A DNA stretch of 64,000 nucleotides, from the NCBI RefSeq assembly GCF_009914755.1, contig NC_060925.1; one strand, given 5' to 3'. Position 1 is the stretch's first letter. Every line of letters begins with the position of its first letter. Below are positions 24,593-38,305 of the stretch, in pieces. A program made the translations under genes and the position numbers. The notes below the pieces were generated by a model. That model was given only the letters and a program-made list of their open reading frames with translations. It was not told where the DNA came from and did no database searches. This DNA is from the human T2T-CHM13v2.0 reference genome, Homo sapiens.

Positions 24593-24634
<42 letters not shown>

Positions 24635-25723
24635 ATGTCCATGGATGGGAGCCTCAAAATTATGAAGATATCAATTCTTTCCAAATTAATCTTTATATTC
24701 AGTACTATTCCAGTTAAAGACTAATAAAGCATTTTGAAGTTCTTAGCAAGCTGATTCTAAAATGTATGTGAAAGAACAGTGGTTGAAGAATAGCCAGGAC
24801 CCTCCTATATAAGAGATAAATATCAAGATGTGTTTAAAATCTGTATAATTAAGTCAAGTCTATGTGGTATTAGTGTTGAAATTGATAATTTAACCAAAGG
24901 AATAGGACAGATAACACAGAAATAGACCTATGCATATGTCGAAATTTTATATATGACCAAGGTGTTGCTGCAAATCAATGTAGAAAGAATGAGTGATTCA
25001 ACAGATGTAGATTATATTGTTTAAGGATATCAGGACAATGCACGTTTACATAGAAAAATTAAAATCTGATCCATACCACATATTGTATATAAAGTAAATT
25101 ACAAAGACTTCAATGTGAAACCCAAAACTTTAAACATTTTAGCATATAGAAGAATATATTAGTAACTTGAGCATTTTAGACTTTTCTAAATAAGACACAA
25201 AGAGCAATAAACATATCAAAAATATTAACATACCTCATTATAATTAAGAACTTCTGTTACAAAAAAATCACAGAGCAATAAGAAAAGACATAGCTTATGA
25301 AATCATTGCAACTTGTGTAACTGCCAAAAAATTAGTATTCATATATAAAAACAAAAAGCCCTGTATGAAGAAACAACAACCAAGCAGGAAAGTGGGCACA
25401 TGACATAAGCAGTTAGAAGAAACTTGAAAGACAAACATGAAAGACGCTTGTCATTAGAAACTTTGTAAATGCTCCATAATAAAGCCTATTGTACACCATC
25501 TAGATTGTAAAAACTATTTATTTGATAATGTCAACTGATGGCAATGTTGTGAAATAATAAGACCTCTTATGTTCTACTGATAGAAGTGAAAATATGTTTT
25601 ACCACTTTGCTGTTATTTTGTCAAGCTGAGTATGCTCAAACTGATATGGCAATTCTACCTTTAGCACGTTCCCTAGGGAAACTCTCACACAGGTATATTA
25701 TGACACAAGAATAAAAATATTCA
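23800..25723 (+). mobile_element. Old L1ME-type LINE, ORF2 3' part (left half of host element)
   Basis: Decayed ORF2 text (ttattcaacatgctact, caagctgattctaaaatgtat, attaagaacttctgtt, gcaattctacctttag...ctagggaaactctcacac). Resumes at ~31765. Confidence 0.75.
24585..24632. repeat. (TG)4 TATA (CA)n microsatellite
   Basis: Direct reading. Confidence 0.95.
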
Positions 25724-28700
25724 AGGGAAGATGTCAGGAAGATGGCAGAATAGGAAGTTACCTGCTCATATCCCCCCACAGCAACAAGAACTGTGTACCC
25801 ATCTACAGACAAAAGTATATCTGTGAGAGCCTTGGGATTCAGGTAGGAGATTATGAAACCCCAGTGGCACCTGAGACCTAGGAAGGTAATTTTGAGAGTG
25901 CAGACTGGCACTCATGTGGCTAATCCAATTGTGCTCTTGGTTTTAAGCCTGGAAATGGCCCATTCCCCAAGGGGCTGGGCTACAGGCCCATTTGGCCTTG
26001 AGCCTGCAACCAAAACCATCTGCTAAGGGGTCCAGAAGGAATCATATGCACTAGTGCCTCAGCAGCATTGACATAGGTCCCAGCAGTGAATCTGAAAATT
26101 ATTCTGTGGCTCAACTCAAGCCCTACTCAGTTGAAGCCTCAGCTTAGAGTTACTTACACAAGGACCCAGAGGGAGATTCACTCATATTACACAGCCCAAA
26201 AGTCTGAGCCCCCATGATAGGCTTGTGAACCTCTGTCCCACAGCACACTCAAAGGGATCCAATCTCAGCTCTACCTCTCCTGCTGCAGTCAGGGATTAGA
26301 AATATTCCCTCTGTGCAGGGACCTGCTATGAGACTTATGGCCATCTGGGCCAATGAGATGGGCTTGCCAGCTGCCATCCCACGGCAGATCCTGAGGGGGT
26401 CCAGTCTTGGCCCAGCTTCTCCTGGTACAGTTGAAAAACTACCCCATCTATGCAAGAACCTGCTAGGAGACAGGCATTTGTCTGAGCCAATGAGATAGGC
26501 TCTCTAACCTCCATCCCACAACAGATCCTGAGGGGCCCCAGTCTCAACTCCAACCTTTCTCACCGAAGTCAGGGAACTATCCTACCTATGAAGAAACATG
26601 CTGGGAGGTGCATCTGTGGCTGGGAGGGCCACCAGGACAGTCTTCCAGGCTCAGGTCTCTGCCCAGCCTTCCCACACAGCCCGAATACCCTCCCCTTGGG
26701 TCTCTCCCAGGTCCAGTTGGGCCTAAGAGCTGTGACAAAATTAGAGCCTTCTCAAGACTCATGGCAAACCTGGACTTATGAACTCCCTATAGTGCTGAGA
26801 GAGCTGCAATGATCACAGACTTGAAAAACACAATGGTCAGTCGGCTTAAAATGTCTGGAAGGCCTGCTGAGGAATAACAGGCACAAAAACAGACAGTGAA
26901 GACTGAGAAAAAAAATCTTAGTCTCTCAATGTGCAGATATTGTTCCACATTCACAATAATCAAGAACATTCAGGGAAATCTGACCTCACCAAATGGACAA
27001 ATAAGATGCTAGAAACTGACCCTAAAGTAATGGAGATATGCAATTTCTCAGACAAAGAATTTAAAATAGCTATTTTAAGGAAGCTCAACAAACTTTAATT
27101 TTAAAAATCTAGAAATTTATGGATAAATTTAACAGAGAGTTTGAAATAATAAAAAACAGAAATATTAAAGCATAAAAATGCAATGAACAAAATGAAAAAT
27201 GCAATAGGGAGAACCAACACCATAATTGATCAAACAGAAGAAAACACCATTGAGTTCAAAGATAGGCTATTTGAAAATACACAGAGGGGGAAAAGAAGAA
27301 AAGAATAAAAAGAAAGCATATGGGATAGATGAATAAACATCAAAAGGGCAAATTTTCAGATGTTTGGAGTTGAAAAGGGAGTTGAAAAAGAAAAAAAGGG
27401 TAGAAGCCTTATTCAAAGAAATAACAAATTTTTCTAAACTTGGAAAAGGGCATTAATATGTAGGTAAAGGAAAGTCAAAACTCTTCAATCAGGTTCAATA
27501 CAAATAAGAATACTCCAAGACATACTATAATCAAATTCTCAAAGGACAAAAAACAAAGGACTATGAAAGCAGTAAGGAAAAAAAGCAAATGACATATAAT
27601 AGAAATCCGCTGTGCCTGGCAGTAGACTTCTCAGCAGAAATCTTGCAGACCAGGAGGAATGTGATATTTTCAGAGTGCTGAAAAAAAAAATAAAATGCCA
27701 ACTAAGAATAGTGTACCCAGATAAATTACCCTTCAGTAATGAAGGAGAGATAAAGACTTTCCCAGACAAACAAAAGCTGAGGGAACTTATGATTACCAGG
27801 TCTTTCCTACAACAAATGCTAAAGGGAGTTCTTCAAACCAAAAGAAAAGGATGGTAAAACATTTGGTACTCTAATATTGTAGTTGTGGTATATAAACTAA
27901 ATATGGTGTATAAAGACTAAATGGTAAAACCATTAAAAATAATAACTAAAATAATTTGTTAAGACATAGGCAATATACAAAATATAAAGTCACATCAAAA
28001 ATTGAAATAGTAGGGAGAGAATTGAGTTAAAGTCCACAGGTTTTTTGTTTCCTTTCTTTGTGATCAAAGTTAAGGTGTTATTTGTTTGAAATAACTTGCA
28101 ATACAGTAACATGGGGGTTGCCACTTTCAGCAATGAACAAATGATCCAGACAGAAAATTAACAAAGAAATATCAGAGTTAAACCATAATCTATGCCAAAT
28201 GGACCTAACAGACATTCACATAACATTCCATGCAAAGCCACAGAATACACATTCTTCTGAACAGTGTATAGAACATTCTCTAAAATAGACAATATTTTAT
28301 GCCATAAAACAGTCTTACAAATTTTAAAAATCTAAATCATATCCAGTATCCTTTCTGACCATAATGAAATAAAACTGGAAATCATTAACAGAAGAAACTT
28401 TGGAAAATATAAGGATACATGGAAATTAAACAACATGCTTCTAAACAACTGAAGGCCTAATGAAGAAAATTTTTTTAAAGAAATGTTTTTAACTCTTGAG
28501 ACATAGAAAATGAAAACACAATATGCCAAAACCTATGAGATACAGCAAAATAAGTTCTAAGAGGGAAGCTTATAGCAATAAACACCAACATCAAAAAAGT
28601 ACAAAAATCTCAAATAAACAACCTAACATTGCAGCTCAAAGAACTAGAAAAACAGGAACAAACTAATTTGAAGTTAGTAAAAGGAAAGAAGTAATAAGGA

Positions 28701-31700
28701 TTACAGAAGAAATAAATTAAAGAAAATACAAAAGAGCAACAAAATAAAAACTTGTTTTATTAAAAAGACAAAATTGGCAAACTTTAGACTAAAAGAGAGA
28801 TGACTCATAAAATCAGAGATGAAAAAGGAGACATTACAACTGATACCACAGAAATACAAAATCATTAGAGTCTATTATGAGCAACTATCCACCAACAAAT
28901 TGGAAAATTCAGAAGTAGATAAATTTCTGGACACACACAACTTTTTAAGATTGAATCACAAAGAAATAGAAAATCTGAACAGACCAATAATGAGTAATGA
29001 TATCAGAACAGTAATTAAAAAGTCCTCCATCAAAGAAAAGCCCAGGGCCTAATGGTTCACTGCTGAATTTTACTAAACACATAAAGAAGAACAAATACAA
29101 ATTTTACTCATACTATTACAAAACACTGAAGTGCAGGAAATTCTTTCAAACTTATTCTGTGAGTTCAGCATTACCGAGATACCAAACCCAAAAAAGGACA
29201 TAACAAAAAAAGAAAACTACAGGCCAATAACCTTAATGAACATAAATGCAAAAATTATCAGCAAAATAGTAGCAAACTGAATCCAACAGCACATCAGAAA
29301 TATCATAATCATGATCAAATGGAAATCATCCCAGGGATGCAAGGATGGTTTAACATATGCAAATGAATAAGCATGATACATCACATTAACAGAATGAAGA
29401 ACAAAAACCATATGATCATTTCAACAGATGCAGAAAAAGCATTTGATAAAACTCAACAACTGTTCATGATAAAGACTTTAAACAAATTACAGAAAAAACT
29501 TACTTCAGTACAATAAAGGCATATAAATACTAATTCAGCTAAAATACTGAATGGGGAAAGTTGAAATTTTTTCCTCCAAGATCTGGAATAAGACAAGGAT
29601 ACCCACTTTCACCACTTCTATTCAACATAGTACTGGAAGTCCTAGCCAGAGCAATTAGACTAGAGAATAAAATAAAAGGCATCTAAATTGGAAATAAGGA
29701 AGTCAAATTATCCCTGTTTCCAGATGACTTAATCTTATGTCAAAGATTATGAAACTCTGTAGGGTGAAAACCCTACAAACTCCATCCAAAAAAACTGTTA
29801 GTAGTAATAAATTCAGTAAGATCACAGGTTACAAAGTTAACATACAAAAATAAGTAGCATTTCTGTATGCCAGTAGCAAACTGTCTGAAAAAGAAATTAA
29901 TTCATTTACAACAGCTACTAAAAAATACCTAGGAATAAATTTAATCAAAAAAGGTAAAAATATCTATACTAAAAACTATAAAATACTGATAAAAAAATTA
30001 AAGAGGAAACAAAAAGTTATTCTGTGTTCATGAATGAGAAGAATTAATACTGTTAAAATGTCCATACTACCCTAGGCAATCTACAAATTCAATGCAATCC
30101 ATATCAAAATACTAGTGACATTTTTCATTGTAGTAGAAAATGTATAGAATCACGAAATGTCCCATACAGCCAAAGCAATCTTCAGCAAAAAGAACAAAGC
30201 TGGAGCCATCACCCTACTTAACTTCAAAATGTAATGCAAACCAATAGTAACCAAATTAGCACAGTACTACATAGAAACAGACATATAAACCAGTGGAACA
30301 GAAGATGGAATCCAGAAATAAATTCACACATTACAACCAACTGATTTTTTTAAAAGGCACCCAGAACATACATTAGAAAAGGATCATCTCTTCAATTAAT
30401 GATGCTGAGAAAACTGGATATTCATATACAGAAGAATAAAACTGGACTCCTATGTATCACTATTTTTAAAAAATCAACTCAAAATGGATTAAAGACTTAA
30501 AGATAAGACATAAAAATATAAAACCACTAGAAGAAAACAGGAGAAATACTTCATGACATTGGCCTGGTCAAGGATTGTTATAGATAAGACCTCAAAAGCA
30601 CAGATAATAAAAGCAAAAAAAAACAAGTGGTATTACACCAAACTAAAAAGCTTCTGCATAACAAAGGAAACCACTAACAGGTGAAGAGACAACCTAAAGA
30701 ATGGGATAAAATATTTGCAAACTATGTCTCTGACAAGGGGTTAATATCCAGAATATAAAAGAAACTCAATAGAAAAAAAATTATTTAAAAAATGGGCAAA
30801 AGTTCCAAAGAGAAGAAGACATACAAAATAGCCAATAGGTATATTTTTTAAATGCCCAACTTCACTAATCATCAGGGAAATGCAAATCAAAATCACAATA
30901 ATTCTCACCCTAGTGAGAATGGCTATTATCAAAAAGATAAAAAATAACAAATGCGGGTGAAAATATGGAGAAAGGCAAACTCATACACCGTCAGGGGGAT
31001 GCAAATTACTATAGCCATTATGGAGATTAGTATGAATGTTCTCCCAAAAAATGAAAAATAGAACTACCAAATGATCCAGCAATCACACTATTAGGTAAAT
31101 ATCCAAAGGAATTGAAATCTCTTTCAAAGAGATATTCTGCACTCCCATGTTTATTGCATCTCTATTTACAACAGTCAAGATATAGAATCAACTTAAATGT
31201 CCATCAATGGATGAATGTATTAAAAGATGGTCTATTTGCACAATAAAATACGCTTCAGCCATAAAAAATTAATGAAATCCTGTCATTTGTGGCAATATGA
31301 ATGAGCCTGGAGGTCATGATGTTAAGTGAAATAAGCCAGGCAAAGAAAGACAAATATTGCATGATCTCACTCATATGTGAAATCTTAAAAAATTGGTCTC
31401 GTAGAATTAGAGAGTAGAATAGTGTTTACTAGAGTTAGAGAGGGGAGGAGGAACAGGGGATTGGGAGGAGTTGGTCAACAAATACAAAGTTACAGTTAGG
31501 AGGAATAAGTTCTGGCATTCCATTTTACAATACAGTGGCTATAGTTAACAGTGATGTATTGTACATTTCAAAATATCTGGAAGAGAGGATTTTGAATGTT
31601 TTCACCACAAATAAATGACATGTGTTTGAGGTGATGGATATGCTAATTACCCTAATTCAATCGTTACACATTGTATGCATATACCGAAACATCACACCAT

Positions 31701-31758
31701 ACCCCATAAATATGTACAATTATTATGTGTCAAATACAAGCAAAATAAAACTTTTTAA
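25724..31758 (+). mobile_element. Near full-length L1MA (L1MA5/6-like 3' UTR): 5' UTR, ORF1, ORF2 lacking most of the EN domain, 3' UTR
   Basis: Starts ...aagatggcagaataggaag. ORF1 peptide RIVYPDKLPFSNEGEIKTFPDKQKLRE (27612-27857). ORF2 peptides NKLENSEVDKFLDT and aactacaggccaata. L1MA-type 3' UTR ending cccataaatatgtacaattattatgtgtc. Internal deletion junction near 28098. Confidence 0.92.
26078..26620 (+). repeat. Degenerate ~140-bp tandem monomers in the L1MA 5' UTR (~3.5 copies)
   Basis: Units start cccacagc (26237), cccacggcagatcctgagggg (26378) and cccacaacagatcctgagggg (26515). gccaatgagat recurs. Confidence 0.85.
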
Positions 31759-31764
31759 ATTGTC

Positions 31765-32470
31765 AAATAAGTATTATTTTTGACAGCAAACAGCTGAATA
31801 TCTAGATGCCAATTAACAAGAGAATGGATTAATAATTATACTACACGCAAAATACATTATACAGTAGTGAAAATGATAAACTCCAATTACATCAACAACA
31901 TAAATGAATATATGTGTGTATACATATATATGTATACATATAAATATAAATATATATGTATACACATAAATATATTTATATATGTATACAAACACACACA
32001 GACACACACATATATATATACACCCAAATATATAAAGCATGATTTGCATGCCAGGTACTATTCTAAGTTGTTTACAAATATTAACTCATTTAATTATTAT
32101 AATAATACAGCAAGTTAAATATTATTATTACCCTCATTTTACAGAAGAGGACACTGGGTACAGAAAGAGTATGTAACTAATTAAATGTTTAAGTCTAGAA
32201 GACTGCTTATAGCTTGATACCCCATTTTAAATAAACTAGAAAGCAAAAAAAAAACCCTCAAGATTATATGTTTAGGGTTATATATGTAATAAAACATTTT
32301 TCAAAGAACATATGAATATATATGCTCAAAATTTAGGAAAGTAGTTATCTCTGGTTGTTTAATAGACCTGTACACGGGAAGTAGCTTCAAGAGTATTGGT
32401 AATATTCTAGCTCTTGTGACAGATGCTAGACTCACTGTTGGCCATTATATTGGTATGCTTTACAAGTTAT
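31765..32470 (+). mobile_element. L1ME-type 3' end (right half of host element), containing a TA-rich repeat (31909-32020) and an antisense MIR (32045-32180)
   Basis: acaagagaatggatt...acagtagtgaaaatga...aaaatttaggaaagtagttatctctgg...gcttcaagagtattggtaatattcta. MIR: ccaggtactattctaag...ctcattttacagaagaggacactg. Confidence 0.75.
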
Positions 32471-32769
32471 ATATATAGACACACACACACATATATACAT
32501 ACATACATATATAAGTATGGGTGTATATATATGTTCATAATTATCATATATTATATATTTATAATTATCATATATAATAGACATGACATATATTTTTGCT
32601 TGTATCAAAATTATATTCTAAGAAATTTAGTGCCTGTATTTTGTGACACTTAAGTGAACTGCACAGAGGATTATTTTGATTATATTCTTGTTATCAGTTG
32701 CACTTTAAAGAGATGGGATTGCTGTATAGCTGACTTCTAGAGAGACAAGGCAAAACTATAATTATTTTT

Positions 32770-32801
32770 GAGAGAGAGAGAGAGAGTGTGTGTGTGTGTG
32801 T
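32770..32801. repeat. Compound (GA)n(GT)n microsatellite
   Basis: Direct reading. Confidence 0.9.
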
Positions 32802-33012
32802 ATAGTCATTCTGAAGATAAATCAGCTTCAAACTTATGGTTATAGGGGAATGAATGGTCAAAATCTGCTCTTTTCTTTTTGGCTCACCAAATTAAGAACC
32901 AATTCAACCATAAGAAATATAAATTAGCAGCTTCTACCTCATTGCCCTTAAACTAATATACCTACCTTATTTTGAGAATTGGGATAATAATGGTAATAAA
33001 ATTAGCAATGGC

Positions 33013-36000
33013 AACTTCTAGTTTCAGCCCCAGCATGTAAAGACCTGGGAAGTTGGTACATTTGTCCTTACAAGAGAAAGCTGGACATGCTAAAAATCAC
33101 TGTCTTTTCTTGAACTCAGCAGAGGACTGAGTTTGCAGGGCAAACTCTAACTCCAAAACCTGGACTGGCAAGTTCATTCAGAAGGGAACATTCAAGATCT
33201 ATTTACCTAGAGCAGAAGCTGCTAGAACCATAAATCAGCAGAAACACTTAGATGATAATTTTGATGAACTATTGGTAGCTGAGTGTGGACTAGCACACGA
33301 GTGAGAAAATCTGAAGATCACAGTCTAAATGGTTTATTAAATGTTCATAGATTAACCTCCAAGCAACCCACCAGATTCTCATAGTCAAGATCCACAAAAG
33401 ATCCCTTTGTGGGAAGGGTTTGAGATGGAAGAAAAGAAGAATCACTGTGGAATGCACCCACAGCTTTCCCCATAACAAAGACCTACACTCTAGGAAAAAA
33501 TACTTTTCCAGAGCTTCATCCAAGTTGGGAAGAGCATTCCTCTCACTCTAGCACATACTTTACTACTTTACTTCCTGTCACACTTCAAGTGTAAAGTATT
33601 TTTAAAAGCTATCCTAAACTACCAGAAAAACATTTATGAAGGTCAGAAGTCCAGACCCACAGGCCTAGTGAAAGACTGAGATTTAATCATAAGATGATAG
33701 AATATTTTCTTTTTCCTCAACTGACCACCACACCAACAGGGATCCTGAGAAACACAGTGGATTACAGCTGAAAGAGCTGCAAGATGTGGACTCTGGCTGA
33801 AAAGGAGTACTTAAGGCATCCCAAAGTCAAGAGGAGAGACAATAACAAGGACACTAGAGGAGTTTGAAGCCTCTGGCATCTAGAGCTATGGCAAACATTG
33901 AACACAGAAAAAATTACAGCCAGATTCCCATAAATCCTCACAAAACAGCATGTCCCTGTTTCAACAAAAAAATTACAAGGCATGCAAACGGATTTTAAAA
34001 ACAAAAAACTTTGAAGAGACAAAGCAAGCATCAGAACCAGACCTAGTTATGACACAGATGTCAGGATTATCAGATACAAAATGTAAAATAAATATAATTA
34101 ATATGTTAAAGGCTCTAATGGAAAAGTAAATAGTATCCAAAAACAGATGGGGAATATAAGTAGAGAGATGAAAACACTAAAAGATAATCAAAAGGGAATG
34201 TGAGAAATAGAAAACATGTTATAAATTAAAAATACCTTTAATGGGCTTCTCGGTAGGCCATACACAGCCATAGAAAGAATCACTGAAGGTGAAGATAGGC
34301 TAATAGAAACCTCCCACACTGACATTCAAAGAGAAGAAAGAAAGAAACAGATAGGATAGGACAGGACAGGACGGGACGGGACGCGAAGGGAAAAGAAGAG
34401 GAGAGGAGAGGAGAGGAAAGGGAGAGAACAAAAGAACAAACTAGAATAAAACACCCAAAAAATGTAGAAAAATTTAGAAGATATATATGTGTGTAATGAA
34501 AATATTAGAAGGGGATAAAGAGAAAAAAGAACAGAAGAAATGTTTGACAAATCATCACTGGGAACTTTCCAAAATTAAATAAAGACACCATACAATAGAT
34601 GAGGCAATCTCAGAAGATACCAGGCAGGACAAATAACAAACAAACAAAAACTGCACTATATTCAGACTGCTGTAAACCAGACAATAAGAAAATTTTAAAG
34701 AAGTTAGAGTAGAAAGTATCTTATCTACACATGAACCAGGATAAAAATTACAGTGAATTTTTCATCAGAAATTATGCAAGCAAGAAAGATGGCATACTGA
34801 AATATTTAAAGTGTTAAAAGAAAAAATACACTAACTTAAAATTCTGTATTCAGTGAAATTATACTTCAGAAATGAAGGAGACATAAAAACCTTCTTAAAC
34901 AAACAAAAATGGAAGAAATGTATTCTCAGTACACCTGCCCTGAAAAAAACTTTAAAATTTCTTCAGGGAGAAGGAAAATGATATAGTAAAAAACAAACAA
35001 ACAAACAAACAAAAAAACCCTCAGGTCTGCATAACACAATAAGCATCAAGGAGAAAATAAATAAAGGTAAAATAAAAGTTTTTAATTATTTTGATTCTTA
35101 ATCTACCTAAAAGTTAACTCTTAAAAAGTAATGATACAAACAGGTGGTTATAGCATATGAGTAAGTAAAATAAATTACCATAATGTCAATAATGGATGAA
35201 AATAAGGAATTGGGAATATTCTGCTATAGGAGAACAACACTGCATCTGAAGTGGCAGAAGTATTATTTGGAAGTGGACTTAGATTCATTGAAAATGTATA
35301 TTGCAAAGTCCAGGGTAACCACTGACTTTTTTAAAAGAAATATGATTATATGCTAAGAGACAACATACAATCATTTTACATGCTCAAGAGTGAGAAAACA
35401 GATTTAAAAGAAACCAATACAATAGTTACAAATATGATAGATGATAATCCATTTACATCAATAATCATTTTAAGTATGAATGGTCTAAAGTTACCAATTA
35501 AAAGACAGAGATTGTCAGAAGAAATTTTTTGAAAGGACCAACTATATGTTGCTACAATAAACCCACTTTAAATACAAACACTAAAATAGATTAGAGGGAA
35601 TGAAAAAAGGTATATTACATTAACATTAATTAAAAGTAAGCTGAAGTAACTATCTTAAATTTAGTGAAACCAGAACTGTATTAAGAACAAGCAAAATTAT
35701 TAGAGATAAAAAGGAGCATTCTATACTGATAAAGGAGTCCATTCTCCAAGAAGACATAGCAATCCTAAATGTATATGAACAACAGAGTGCCAAAAACTGA
35801 TATAACTGAAAAGTAGACAAATCCACTACTATAGTTGGAGACTTCCAACATTCATCTTCAAGCAATTGAGAGATCAAACAAGAAGGTAATCAGTCAGGCT
35901 ACAGTAAAATTAAACACTATAAATCAACCAGATAATTGGCTTTTCTAGACTATTTTATCCAACAACAGCAGAATGTACATTCTACTCACACTCAAATGGA

Positions 36001-36480
36001 ACATTCACCCAGATAGAGCACATTTTGGGCCATAAGACTTACCTTAACAAACTTAAAATAATAGAAACCACACAAAGTATGTGCCTATATTACAATGAAA
36101 ATAAATTAGAAATTCATAACAGAAAAATATCTGGAAAATCCACAAATATTTGGAAATTAAATAGCACACTCCTACATAGTACACAGGTTAAAAAAAAAAG
36201 TCAAGATTAATTAAGATGTTTTTAACTAAATGAAAATACAACTTATAAAATTTTGTGAGATGCAGAGAAAGCAGTACTTGGAGGAAATTTATGGCATTAA
36301 GTATATATATTTAAAAAGAAAAAAGATACAAAAATCAATAACCTGAGCTTCTATCTTAGGAAAATAGAGAAAGAAGAGAGCAATTCAAGCCAAGGCAAGC
36401 AGAAGGAAAGAAATGATAAAAATTAGAGTAGAAACCAATAAAATTGAAAATAGAAGAAAATTATAAAACTAAAAATCAGT
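33013..36480 (+). mobile_element. Old L1MC/L1MD-class LINE: 5' end, ORF1, inter-ORF and ORF2 endonuclease region
   Basis: acttctagtttcagccccagcatgtaaaga 5' end. ORF1 end aatgaaggagacataaaaacc. ORF2 start peptide SIIILSMNGLKLPIKRQRLSE, then gttggagacttc and GHKTYLNKLKIIE. Confidence 0.85.
34350..34424. repeat. Pentanucleotide array with drifting motif
   Basis: (GATAG)2(GACAG)2(GACGG)2 GACGC GAAGG GAAAA GAAGA (GGAGA)3 GGAAA. Confidence 0.9.
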
Positions 36481-37802
36481 TCTAATTCATCTAAATTAGG
36501 TATGCATCAGACTGTAGGTATAATCCATTTTGAGGCACATTTCTGTGCCTTTTTTGTGAACCTGTGGAATACAAAAAAAAAGCTATCTGCTCTCAAAAGA
36601 TAATAAGAAAGGAACCTTGCAAAAAATAAAAAATAAAAAAAGGTGTCACCATTTCCAAGCAATTTTGAAACCCAGGCAGGAAAACTCTACTTAGTTTCAA
36701 GGCTTGGGAATAACCTTTTGTGATTTTCAGCTCTGCCCTCTAGGATCTTGGCTCGGCTTCCTGGATTTGAGGATCTGCCCAATGAGTCATGCTTTCATTT
36801 TCATGAAAGTTGGCATATGTTTACAGTTGAGTGACTTTATCAGCAGTTTCTTCACTGTAAATTTTTGAGGTTCAACAGCTTTTTTTTCATTTGTATTCCC
36901 TCTGTCTCTTTCAAGTCAAGGTAGTAGTGTTTCTACTGGTATAAAATTCTAAAAACTTTGTGTGTCTCCTGTGTATGTCATGGAGATTTACTCCAGTAAA
37001 CAAGAGAATCTTTCACAAATCTTTCCTGAATATTCTTATTTATATTTCTGGTATCTAGTGAGGAGGTCCATGAGTCACATGACTAATCTCTTCAAAGAGC
37101 CCTGTATGGGACTGGATACTAATCTTTAGAGGCACAAGCAAAAGGTTGTCCAGCAATGTCTTTGGTTTTCTCTCCAAAGTATAGTGAATTACCTAATTGT
37201 GGGTAATTTGAAATGTTGACAGGCTGGAAATTTCCCAAATCATCAAGCACTGGCTCCTTCTTGCTGAACAATTCTTCCCTCAACCTATATTTTTCCCCTC
37301 ACATTTTACTATTAGCAGCAGGAAGAGACAAGACACACCTTCAATACTTTTCTTGGAAATCTCTTTAGTTAAATATGTAAGTTCATTATTTACAAATTTG
37401 CCTTTTCACATAACTACAAGACAAGATTCAACTAAGCTTTCTGCCACTATATAACTAGGATTCCCTTTCTTCAAGTTTCAAATAAGTTGTTCTTCCTTTC
37501 CATCTGAGCCCTCACTGGCAGGAACATTAACACCCATATTTCTAGCAACAGTTTCTTCATGAAGATTTAGGTATTCTTTAAGACTACATATGCTTTTTTT
37601 CTACCATGTTCCTCACTTCTTTCTGAGTTCTCACTAGCAGAGTCATTAACATACATATTTCTACTAACAGTTTGTTTAAAGCAATCTCAGCTTTTCCCAT
37701 CATCTAAATTATTACAGCCTCTGCCCATTGCCCAATTGCCAGCACATTTCCCCATTTTTAGGTATTTGTTACAGCAACACCCCACTTGCAGATAATAAAA
37801 TC
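36481..37802 (-). mobile_element. MLT1 internal (MaLR-int) sequence, partial
   Basis: On minus, begins right after the LTR with gattttattatctgcaagtggggtgttgctgtaacaaatacctaaaaatg, the typical MLT-int start. Confidence 0.8.
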
Positions 37803-38244
37803 TGTATTAATTTTATATTGTTGCTATAATAAATTACCACAAACTTAGTGGTTTAAAGCAAGACAAATTTATTTTCTTACAGTTCCAATGGTCAGAAGTT
37901 CAGAATGGGTCTCAATGGGTTTAAGATTAAGGTTTTAATGTCAGCAGCGATGTGTTCCTTTCTGGAGTTTTCCTATGATTTTTAAAACCATCAATGGCCA
38001 CTCAAGTGTTTCTCATATCACATTACTCTGAAGAGATCCTTCTTCCTCTTACACATTTAAGGACCCTTGCCATTATATTGGGCCCAAATAATCCAGGATA
38101 ACCGCCTCATCTTAAGGTCGATGACTAGCAACCCACACTTCATTTGCTACTTCAATTCCTTGTTTCTATGTAACAAAACATAGTCACAGGTTCCAGGGAT
38201 TATAATGTGGAAATTTGAGGGAGGCCATTATTCTACCTGCTACA
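37803..38244 (-). mobile_element. MLT1D-like LTR (5' LTR of the partial provirus)
   Basis: Minus strand tgtagcaggtagaataatggcc...ggaacctgtgactatg...ttatcctggattatttgggccc...aaaccactaagtttgtggtaattt...taataca. Confidence 0.88.
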
Positions 38245-38253
38245 GTCATTTAA

Positions 38254-38261
38254 ACACACAC

Positions 38262-38303
<42 letters not shown>
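38254..38303. repeat. (CA)n microsatellite
   Basis: Direct reading. Confidence 0.95.
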
Positions 38304-38304
<1 letters not shown>

Positions 38305-38305
<1 letters not shown>

